Positions 32,147-40,287 of a stretch of 64,000 nt of DNA are shown here, piece after piece. The notes under the pieces are model-generated. The model was not told the DNA's origin. It searched no databases and saw only the letters and a list, made by a program, of their open reading frames with translations. Source of the stretch: Polyangiales bacterium (GTDB lineage Bacteria > Myxococcota_A > Polyangia > Polyangiales > Ga0077539); the NCBI GenBank assembly GCA_044229975.1, contig JBGARZ010000003.1, positions 256,001-320,000 on the forward strand, written 5' to 3'. Position numbers and translations under genes: made by a program. The first letter of the stretch is position 1. Every line of letters starts with the position of its first letter.

Positions 32147-34425
32147 GGCCCGAGCGCGAGGAGCGTCCTCGCGAGGTCGCGGCGATCCATCACGGCGCGG
32201 TGCCGCTCGACGACCGCACGCATCTCGCGCGCCATCTCGACGTCGCCGACCTGCGCCGCGATCGCCATCCGCAGCGCCGCCGCCCGCCACGTCCGCGTGA
32301 TCGAGCCCGGGTCCATCCACACATCCTCGGTGCGCAGCCAGCGCCTCGCCTCTTCGCGATCGACCACGCCGAACACCACGCCCGCGAGCACGGCCCGCCG
32401 CCCCGCCCGCGGCACGACCCCCGGCTGCCGACGCAGCCAGCCCATCAGCATGTCGCCGCGGCGCTCCGTCAGCGCCTCCCGCGCGTCGCGCGCGTCGATG
32501 GAGTGCAGCGCCACGTAGGCGAGACCCGCGACGTCCCGATCGGCCCAGCGCCGAACCGCCAGTGGGACCATCGCCTCGGGTGCCCGCTCCCCAACCCCGT
32601 CGAGCTCGCCGAGCGCAGCGTCCACCGCGTCGTGATCGCCCGAGGCGGCCGCGATCCATGCCTGTGCGTGGAGCAGCTCTCGCCGCGTCGACGCTGTGAC
32701 CGACCCGGAGTGATCGTTGGCCCAACGGATCGTCTCCAGCGCTCCGATGAAGTTGCCGCTCGCCGCCAACGCACGAGCCTCCGAGATCGCGAGGCGCGCC
32801 GCGTCGGCCTCCAGCCCCGGCGTGAGCGCGGGCATCGCGCGGTATCGCCGCAGCAGGTCGGCCTCGTACGGGCGCACCGCCAACACCCCGTCGAGGGAGA
32901 GCGCGTCGAACCCCTCACCGGACGGTCGCGCGCAGCGACCGCTCGGCTCCGCGCAGTCTCGGAGCGAGCGAAAGGCCGCGTACTCGTGGCGCTCCGCCCA
33001 GTCCAACGACGGTCGCGGGTACCACTCGCCATCGCCGTCGCCCGCGGCCAGCCACGACGCCGCCGACTCACCGCGCGCGATCGCCACCTCCGCGCGCAGC
33101 GATCGACACGCCGCCGACTCGCGCTGACCCAACCGCAGCTCCAGCCGACGAAGCGCCTCGTCGTCCCCTGCCCTCGCACCCGACGCATCCGCGAAGCACC
33201 ACATCGCCTGCACGTACGCGTCCTCGTCGTGCTGTCCACGCCGCCCGGCCGCGCTCTCCGCCGCCCGCCGCGCGGTCGCCGCCGCGTCCGACCAGCGCCC
33301 CGCCATCGCGTGCACCGTCACGGCCCGATGCAGCTCTGACTCCGTCCGCAGCCCCGCGGCCCCCGCCCGCAGCGCATCGCTCGCCAGCGCAAACTCCCCG
33401 AGGCCCGCGCGAATCCACGCCGCGCGCACCTTCGGCTCTGCCCCGTCACACGTCATGAGCACGTCGGCCGCCCCACGGTGGTCGCCCATCTCCTCCATCG
33501 CGTAGGCCCGCTCGACACGCGGCGCTCCCCGCAACCGCAGCGCCGCGTCGAGCCACTCCTTCGCCCGCACGTCGCGCCGACGCGCACACCGCGTCGTCAA
33601 CGCCACCGCGTCGAGCGCATCCCGCCGATGCAGCGGCGACGCCGACGCCAGCACCGCGCGGCCCATGCCCGTTCCGTCGCACCACGCCCGCGTCGTGCCG
33701 ACCTCCACCGGGCCCCGCATCGCCGCGGCCGACCGCATCGCCACCGCCGCGCCCGCGGTCATCACCATCGCGCCCAGCATCGCCAGCGCCGCCGCGCCCG
33801 CCGCCCGCTGTCCTCGCGTGCCGACCCCTCCAGAGACCACCTCCGCCGCGACGCGCACCCGACCGTGGGCGCCCGCCACCATGCGCCACGTCGGCGCGGC
33901 CCCGCGGTACCCCGACACCGCCGCGGCCTCCGCCGTCGCCGGCTCCAGCACGCCCTCGACGCGCACCGCCTCGCCCGCCCGCAGCGCCGTGCGCCCGACC
34001 ACCCTCGCACCGTCGCCCGACACCGCCGTCGCGACAGCGTGTGCCGCTCCGACGATCACCTCGGGCTCACCCGCGATGCGAATCACGCCGCTGCGCGTCT
34101 CCAGCGTGAGCGTCCCGGTCACCCCGGTCCGCGGCGGGCTGATGGTCCCATCGGGCAGCGGCGCGTACCGCTCGGTCACCACCACCACGCCCTCCGCGGC
34201 GTCCGTCGAGCGCAGCGTCCCACGCAGCACCGCCGCGACCCCTTCCCCCGCCGGAACCTCCTCGCGCACCACGCCGAGCGAGGCCAGCATCCGCCGATGT
34301 GACGCCCCGCGCAGCCGCCGCCACACGCCCGGCGCGACCCACGCCCCCAGCAGCGCGAGGCACGCGACCATGAGAGCGAAGAGCTCGGGCCCGTGGGCCA
34401 ACCACAGCATCCAGCGCGGGTTCAT
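32143..34425 (-). CDS. hypothetical membrane protein with TPR-like C-terminal region
   Basis: Long GC3-biased ORF, two TMs flanking a beta-rich domain, helical repeats. Confidence 0.65.
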   Translation of the reverse strand: MNPRWMLWLAHGPELFALMVACLALLGAWVAPGVWRRLRGASHRRMLASLGVVREEVPAGEGVAAVLRGTLRSTDAAEGVVVVTERYAPLPDGTISPPRTGVTGTLTLETRSGVIRIAGEPEVIVGAAHAVATAVSGDGARVVGRTALRAGEAVRVEGVLEPATAEAAAVSGYRGAAPTWRMVAGAHGRVRVAAEVVSGGVGTRGQRAAGAAALAMLGAMVMTAGAAVAMRSAAAMRGPVEVGTTRAWCDGTGMGRAVLASASPLHRRDALDAVALTTRCARRRDVRAKEWLDAALRLRGAPRVERAYAMEEMGDHRGAADVLMTCDGAEPKVRAAWIRAGLGEFALASDALRAGAAGLRTESELHRAVTVHAMAGRWSDAAATARRAAESAAGRRGQHDEDAYVQAMWCFADASGARAGDDEALRRLELRLGQRESAACRSLRAEVAIARGESAASWLAAGDGDGEWYPRPSLDWAERHEYAAFRSLRDCAEPSGRCARPSGEGFDALSLDGVLAVRPYEADLLRRYRAMPALTPGLEADAARLAISEARALAASGNFIGALETIRWANDHSGSVTASTRRELLHAQAWIAAASGDHDAVDAALGELDGVGERAPEAMVPLAVRRWADRDVAGLAYVALHSIDARDAREALTERRGDMLMGWLRRQPGVVPRAGRRAVLAGVVFGVVDREEARRWLRTEDVWMDPGSITRTWRAAALRMAIAAQVGDVEMAREMRAVVERHRAVMDRRDLARTLLALGP

Positions 34426-34482
34426 TGTGGAAGAGAGCCTACCCAGCAGGACGCCGGGGCGACAGCGGCGGGCGGGCGGACG

Positions 34483-35337
34483 TCAGAACAGTTCGAGGTA
34501 CATCGCCCACGAGAGGGCCGCGAAGGTCGCGTAGCCGACGCCCGTGTGGATGGTGCGAAAGGCCCGACTCGCGTCCGCGTCGGTGATCCGCGCGCCGACC
34601 ACGCCGAGGATGGGCATCAGGATCATCCCGATGCCGTGTACCCACGCGAGCGTCTTGTGCAGGCGTAGCGTGCTCGACGCGCGGTCGGTGCCCACCGAGG
34701 CGTTGTCGGGGTCGGGCGCGGCGATCGCGAGGATGCCTGCCGTCGTGTAGAGCCCCGTCGTGAGGAAGCTCGACCCGAGGTGCAGCGCCCCGAGCAGGCC
34801 CGACCCGCAACCGAAGGCGCTCGGGTCGCTCACGCACGCGCCGTCGCCAAACCAGGTCGGGCGGTTGATGGCCAGCATCGTCCCGAGCACCTCCGTCACG
34901 AGCAACGACCCCCACGCCGCGATGCCAAAGGCCCGGTGCGTGCGAAGAAGCGAAGCCCGTCGGCGCAGGACGTAACGCGCTTGCCGATCGGACTCGCGGC
35001 AGGTCTCGCAGTCGATGTCGCAGCTCTCACACGCCGCGGGCTCGGCGGCCGTCGAGCTCGTCGCGGGCGTCTCCGTCGCGGCGGCCGTCACCGCGGCGCT
35101 GGCAGCCGCGGGCGTCGCGTCGGTGGCGCGCGTGGCGGCCTGGGCGAGCCAGCGGTTGCGGAGCGCGGTGCCGCCGTCGAGGCCGAAGCTGCGAACCCGC
35201 AGCCCGACGTCCATGGTCCAGACCGACGGCGCGGCGGCCTCACCTTGAAGCGTCAACGTGGATGGCAACGCCTCGATGGTGCGCAACTGCGCGGCACCCG
35301 ACATCGCGACCAGAAACAACGCGGCTGAACCGATCAT
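34483..35337 (-). CDS. hypothetical 4-TM protein with His-bearing helices and a Cys cluster
   Basis: Leader peptide, CESCDIDCETC, four TMs each carrying His; GAGG RBS. Confidence 0.7.
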   Translation of the reverse strand: MIGSAALFLVAMSGAAQLRTIEALPSTLTLQGEAAAPSVWTMDVGLRVRSFGLDGGTALRNRWLAQAATRATDATPAAASAAVTAAATETPATSSTAAEPAACESCDIDCETCRESDRQARYVLRRRASLLRTHRAFGIAAWGSLLVTEVLGTMLAINRPTWFGDGACVSDPSAFGCGSGLLGALHLGSSFLTTGLYTTAGILAIAAPDPDNASVGTDRASSTLRLHKTLAWVHGIGMILMPILGVVGARITDADASRAFRTIHTGVGYATFAALSWAMYLELF

Positions 35338-35423
35338 CGGGCCTCTCTCCTCTCGTGACGAACCGTCACGAAGAAGGCCACAGCCCCGCCGCGTCGCTCA
35401 AGGGAAATGCCCGTCGATGCGTC

Positions 35424-36350
35424 CTAACGACGCAGGGCGCGGACGCCCGCCTTGTGCACCTTGCCGGGCAGCTCGCGGCCCACTACGGCCGAGGCAACAC
35501 GGCCCGCCTCGATGAGCTTGTCGAGGTCGATGCCGGTCTTGATGCCCATGCCGTGCAGCGTGAAGACGAGGTCTTCGGTCGCGAGGTTGCCCGCCGCGCC
35601 CGGCGCGTAGGGGCAGCCGCCGAGGCCGCCCACCGAGGCGTCGAAGGTGCGCACGCCCAGCTCCAGCCCGACCAGCACGTTGGCCAGCGCGGTGCCGCGC
35701 GTGTCGTGGAAATGCAGCGCCAGCTGCTGCGCCGGAAACTCCCGCAAGAACATCTCGACGATGCGCTTGGTCTGCACCGGCGTGCCGATGCCGATGGTGT
35801 CGCCGAGGGACACCTCGTAGCAGCCCATCTCCAGGAGCGCGCGCGTGATGGCGAGGCCCTTCTCCGGGTCGACCGTTCCCTCGTAGGGGCAGCCCCACAG
35901 CGTCGACAGGTAGCCCCTCACGCGACGCCCCGCCGAGAGCGCCTTTGGAACCATCTCGCGAAACACGTCGAGGGTCTCGGCGACGGTCTTGTTCACGTTC
36001 TTGCGGTTGTGGGTCTCGCTCACCGAGAGGAAGACCGCGACCTCGCCGAGGTCGGTGACGAGCGCACGGTCGAGGCCCTGCTGGTTGGGGCAGAGCGCCG
36101 AGTAGCTCACGCCCTCCGGGCGCTTCAACAACCGGCACAGCTCCACCGCGTCGGCGAGCTGCGGAACCCACTTGGGCGACACGAAGCTGGTCACCTCCAG
36201 GCGCCTCAACCCTGCCGCGACGAGGGCCTCGATGAGCCGCACCTTCGCGGGCGTCGGGACGGTCACGGCCTCGTTCTGCAACCCGTCGCGCGCGGAGACC
36301 TCGTAGACCGAGACGTCATCGGGCAGCGACTCAAACAGCGTGGTTTTCAT
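35424..36350 (-). CDS. hydroxymethylglutaryl-CoA lyase
   Basis: EVSARDGLQNE, SFVSPKWVPQ, LGDTIG, HFHDTRG, GGCPYAPGAAGN. Confidence 0.95.
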   Translation of the reverse strand: MKTTLFESLPDDVSVYEVSARDGLQNEAVTVPTPAKVRLIEALVAAGLRRLEVTSFVSPKWVPQLADAVELCRLLKRPEGVSYSALCPNQQGLDRALVTDLGEVAVFLSVSETHNRKNVNKTVAETLDVFREMVPKALSAGRRVRGYLSTLWGCPYEGTVDPEKGLAITRALLEMGCYEVSLGDTIGIGTPVQTKRIVEMFLREFPAQQLALHFHDTRGTALANVLVGLELGVRTFDASVGGLGGCPYAPGAAGNLATEDLVFTLHGMGIKTGIDLDKLIEAGRVASAVVGRELPGKVHKAGVRALRR

Positions 36351-36397
36351 GGCGACTCCGCGGAGCCTACCGCATCTCGCGGGCATCGCCCTCGCGC

Positions 36398-36425
36398 TTG
36401 ACGCACGGCATCGTGCGCGTACACC
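36398..36425 (+). promoter_or_regulatory. possible sigma70 promoter for thrS
   Basis: TTGACG-N16-TACACC; the -10 is imperfect. Confidence 0.3.
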
Positions 36426-36480
36426 GTGCGTCGCCCGCCGCGGGGAACAGGCCCCACGTCGGCGCAAAGGTCAGCAGGTC

Positions 36481-38478
36481 ATGAAGGTCACCGCAGGACA
36501 GCTCCTCAAGGATCGCAATCGTCTCCCACCGAACGCGGTCGCCGCGCTCATCGACGGTCGCACCGTCGATCTGCACACGCCGGTGGAGGCGACCGAGACT
36601 ACCGAGGCCAAGCCCATCCTCGCGGACGATCCGCGCGCGCTGCCCGTCATCCGTCACTCGACGGCGCACGTCATGGCCGACGCGGTGCAACGCCTCTTCC
36701 CGGGGACGAAGGTCACCATCGGGCCGAGCATCGACAGCGGCTTCTACTACGACTTCGACCGCCGCGACGGGCGCTTCACCGAGGACGACCTCGCGCGCAT
36801 CGAGGTGAAGATGAAGGAGATCGCGGCGGCCGATACGCCCTTCGTCCGCGGCGTCATGACCCGCGAAGAGGCGCGCGAGAAGCTCACGAAGATGGGCGAG
36901 ACCTACAAGATCGAGATCCTCGACGGCATCCCCGCGGGCGAGGACATCTCGTTCTATCAGCACGGCGACTGGATCGACCTGTGCGAGGGCCCTCATGTGC
37001 CGAGCACGAAGTTCCTCTCGGCGGTGAAGCTCACCTCCGTGGCGGGCGCGTACTGGCGCGGCGACGAGCGGCGGCCGATGTTGCAGCGCATCTACGGCAC
37101 CGCCTTCCCGACGCAGAAGGCGCTCGACGCCAACATGAAGCAGCTGGAAGAGGCGAAGGCGCGCGACCACCGCAAGCTGGGCAAGGAGCTCAAGCTGTTC
37201 ATGTTCCACGAGCTGGCGCCGGCGTCGCCGTTCTTCCAGCCGCGTGGTGCCCACCTCTACAACGGGCTCATCGCGTACATGCGCGACCAGTACGCGCGGC
37301 GCGGGTACTCCGAAGTCATCACGCCGCAGATCTTCGACAAGGGCCTGTGGGAGACCTCGGGGCACTGGGAGAACTACCGGGACAACATGTTCCTGGCGCT
37401 GGGCACCGACTCGCTGGAGCCGACCCGCGAGGGCCACGGCACCCCGATGAACCAGGTGTTCACGCTCGACGAGAAGGTCACCGAGGCGCTCGGCTCGGTG
37501 AGCGCGGGCTACATGTGCGGCTGCAAGGCGATGAACTGCCCGTCGCACTGCCTCATGTTCGGCGCCGATCGGAAGTCGTACCGCGACCTTCCCCTGCGCA
37601 TGGCCGACTTCGGGCGACTGCACCGTTACGAGCGCTCGGGCGTGACGCACGGGCTGTCGCGCGTTCGCACCTTCTCGCAGGACGACGCGCACATCTTCTG
37701 CACCGAAGAGCAGATGCCCGCCGAGATCGGTGGCTTCTTCGACCTCCTCGACGAGGTCTACGCCGACCTCGGGATGAACGAGGTCAAGATCTTCCTCGCG
37801 ACGCGCCCCGACAGCGGCTACCTCGGCACCATCGAGTCGTGGGATCGCGCCGAGAAGATCCTCGGCGACGCGGTGCTCGCGAAGGGTCGCACCTTCGAGA
37901 TCGCCAAGGGCGAAGGGGCGTTCTACGGGCCGAAGCTGGAGTTCCACATCACCGACGCCATCGGGCGTTCGTGGCAGCTCGGCACGCTCCAGGTCGACCC
38001 CAACCTCCCCGAGCGCTTCGACCTCTCGTACATTGGCGCCGACAACACCGCGCACCGGCCGGTGATGCTGCACCGCGCCGTGCTCGGCTCCCTGGAGCGC
38101 TTCCTGTCGCTCTACATCGAGCACACGGCGGGATGGTTCCCGGCGTGGCTCGCGCCCGAGCAGATCGTGCTCGTCACGGTCTCGGACAAGCACCTCGACT
38201 TCGCGCAATCACTCGCAGCGCGACTGCGCGCGGCGGGCCTGCGCGTCGACGTCGACCCGAGCAACGAGAAGCTCACCGCCAAGATCCGCAACGCGTCGCT
38301 GATGCGCCCGCCGTACATCGGGGTCATCGGCGACAAGGAGCTGGAGAACGACGGCGCGACGCTCCGCAAGGGGCGCACCGACCTCGGGTTCATGTCCACC
38401 GTCGACCTCATCGCGAAGCTGAAGGCGGAGTCCGTGGCTCCCTCTCGCGCTGCTGCTGCGGCCGCCGTCAGCGGCTGA
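36481..38478 (+). CDS. thrS: threonine--tRNA ligase
   Basis: RHSTAHVMA, DLCEGPH, RDHRKLG, MNCP.H, HRYE.SG..HGL.RVR, HRAVLGSLERF. Confidence 0.98.
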   Translation: MKVTAGQLLKDRNRLPPNAVAALIDGRTVDLHTPVEATETTEAKPILADDPRALPVIRHSTAHVMADAVQRLFPGTKVTIGPSIDSGFYYDFDRRDGRFTEDDLARIEVKMKEIAAADTPFVRGVMTREEAREKLTKMGETYKIEILDGIPAGEDISFYQHGDWIDLCEGPHVPSTKFLSAVKLTSVAGAYWRGDERRPMLQRIYGTAFPTQKALDANMKQLEEAKARDHRKLGKELKLFMFHELAPASPFFQPRGAHLYNGLIAYMRDQYARRGYSEVITPQIFDKGLWETSGHWENYRDNMFLALGTDSLEPTREGHGTPMNQVFTLDEKVTEALGSVSAGYMCGCKAMNCPSHCLMFGADRKSYRDLPLRMADFGRLHRYERSGVTHGLSRVRTFSQDDAHIFCTEEQMPAEIGGFFDLLDEVYADLGMNEVKIFLATRPDSGYLGTIESWDRAEKILGDAVLAKGRTFEIAKGEGAFYGPKLEFHITDAIGRSWQLGTLQVDPNLPERFDLSYIGADNTAHRPVMLHRAVLGSLERFLSLYIEHTAGWFPAWLAPEQIVLVTVSDKHLDFAQSLAARLRAAGLRVDVDPSNEKLTAKIRNASLMRPPYIGVIGDKELENDGATLRKGRTDLGFMSTVDLIAKLKAESVAPSRAAAAAAVSG

Positions 38479-38496
38479 GCCGCTCCCCCCTCCCAA

Positions 38497-39801
38497 CTAC
38501 CTCTCGCAGCTCGTGACGCCCCGGCAGTCGGGGTCGGCGCAGTCCATCAGCCCGTCGCCATCGTCGTCGGTCGCGTCGGCGCACGCGGTCTCGTAGGCGA
38601 CCCCGAGCGGGCGGCTGTCGAGGCGCCACGATGCGGGCGGTGTCGCGCCGAGAAAGCGCATCACCGTGGGATGCACATCCATGTGCGAGACGAACCCGTC
38701 GGGCAGGTGGGGATTGACCGTGGGCCCCGCGACGAACAGCGGGATGTCGCGGTTGTCGCGGTCGAGCGCACCGTGACTGGTCCCCGCGCCGCCGTGGTCG
38801 GTGCACACGACGACGAGCCAGCGCTCGTTGGCGATGCCGGGTCGCGCGACGATGGCGTCGAAGAGCGGGCGAACCAGCGCGTCGACGCCTTCGAGCGCGG
38901 CGCGATAGGCGGGGTTGGAGAGCGCGAAGCCCGTGTCGTGGCCCGCGTGATCGACGTCGTCGAAGTGGGTGAAGTGGACGTCGTAGTTGGACGAGGCGAT
39001 CCAGCGGACCATGGTCGACGAGACCGTCGGGCCGAGGCCCCAGGTGCGGACGTCCATGGCGCGCGTCTCGACGATGCCGCCGACGATGTCGGGCCACTGC
39101 GCCGCCACGGCGACGCGGAGGTGCAGGTCGTCGTGGGCGCGCGCGAGGAAGGTCGGCCACGCGAGGTCACGGTCGGCGTACTCGCCGTTGGCGACGACGC
39201 GGTGGTGATCGGGCCCGACGCCGGTGAGGATGGAGGTCCAGCCGGGAGCGGAGGTGGTGGGGCCCGTGAGCTGGGTGCTGACGTGGAAGCTCGCGGCGGC
39301 GTGCGAGAGCAGCGAGCGGAGGTTGGGCAGCGTCGCGCCTTCCATCGCATCACCGCGCACGCCGTCGATGCCGATCACCAGCACCTTGGGCGCGGCGTCG
39401 GGACGGGACGAGCCGAGCGCGCGGAGTTCGACGTCGGCGAAGGTGAGCACCCGCCCCGCCGCATCACGCACCCGCACCCTCCCCCGATGAACGCCCCCCG
39501 GAACCATCGCGCCGACGAGCTCGACCCGGAGCTGCGACGTCGAGACGAGCGAGCCGCGGAGCCACGGGACGTCCGCGTCGACGACGACGTCACCGCACGG
39601 CGCGCCCTCCCACGCGAGCGCCTGCGTCACCGTCTCGCTCTCCTGCCCCACCCAGAAGAACGACGGCGCCGCGCCCTCCATGCGCACGGCGGAAGGACAC
39701 GCCATCGCGTCGGTCGACCCCGCGTCTGCGGGGGTGATGGGCGCTGCGGAGCAGGCCGCGGACAGCGTTGCGAGAGCGAGGAGGCGGTGGAGGGTTCGCA
39801 C
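38497..39801 (-). CDS. alkaline phosphatase superfamily (NPP-type) lipoprotein
   Basis: LSAAC lipobox; IGIDGVR, TSAPGWTSILTG, DDVDHAGH, TDHGG; C-terminal CAD..DDDGDGLMDCADPDC. Confidence 0.85.
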   Translation of the reverse strand: MRTLHRLLALATLSAACSAAPITPADAGSTDAMACPSAVRMEGAAPSFFWVGQESETVTQALAWEGAPCGDVVVDADVPWLRGSLVSTSQLRVELVGAMVPGGVHRGRVRVRDAAGRVLTFADVELRALGSSRPDAAPKVLVIGIDGVRGDAMEGATLPNLRSLLSHAAASFHVSTQLTGPTTSAPGWTSILTGVGPDHHRVVANGEYADRDLAWPTFLARAHDDLHLRVAVAAQWPDIVGGIVETRAMDVRTWGLGPTVSSTMVRWIASSNYDVHFTHFDDVDHAGHDTGFALSNPAYRAALEGVDALVRPLFDAIVARPGIANERWLVVVCTDHGGAGTSHGALDRDNRDIPLFVAGPTVNPHLPDGFVSHMDVHPTVMRFLGATPPASWRLDSRPLGVAYETACADATDDDGDGLMDCADPDCRGVTSCER

Positions 39802-39854
39802 GGCGGGAGTCTCGGCCCGTCGTACGGCGCGGCACAAGCCGCGAGGTGATTCGG

Positions 39855-40280
39855 TCAGGTGTTGTCGGGCAGGTACGCGATGGCGTGCACGAGGGCCACG
39901 AGGCGCTCGCGCTGCTCGGGGTCGAGGTTGGTGAACTGCACCCCGAAGCCGGGGTTGAGGTTCTCCCCATCCGGGCGGAAGGGGTTGATCCAGGCCACGG
40001 TGCCTTCGAGGTCGAGCGGCTCTTCACCGGGGGCCGCGAAGCGCAGGCGCAGCGGGCGGTCGAGGTCCGGCGGCGACTGGCTGTGGATGAAGATCCCCAT
40101 CTCGGAGATGTTGGTGATGTACGAGTAGAGGAAGTTCTCCCCGTCGTTGCAGTCGACCTCCCAGTTGGCCACGTCGACGCGGAGAAACGAGCGTCGCTCC
40201 GGGCCACCCGCGGGAGGCATGGAGGGACGTCCCAGACGCTCCGAAGGGGCGCCGTCGTCGTTGTTCTTGTCGCCGCTCAT
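39855..40280 (-). CDS. PilZ domain protein (TIGR02266-like)
   Basis: ERRSFLR and NISEMGIF c-di-GMP motifs; PGFGVQF. Confidence 0.9.
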   Translation of the reverse strand: MSGDKNNDDGAPSERLGRPSMPPAGGPERRSFLRVDVANWEVDCNDGENFLYSYITNISEMGIFIHSQSPPDLDRPLRLRFAAPGEEPLDLEGTVAWINPFRPDGENLNPGFGVQFTNLDPEQRERLVALVHAIAYLPDNT

Positions 40281-40287
40281 CGTTGCC

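Noticed and set aside
29495..32725. Long antisense or alternate-frame ORFs (1076 aa here; also 40147-42936, 36367-38208, 15688-18009 and others)
   Set aside because: Arg/Gly/Pro-rich shadow ORFs, expected at high GC, lying over well-supported genes.
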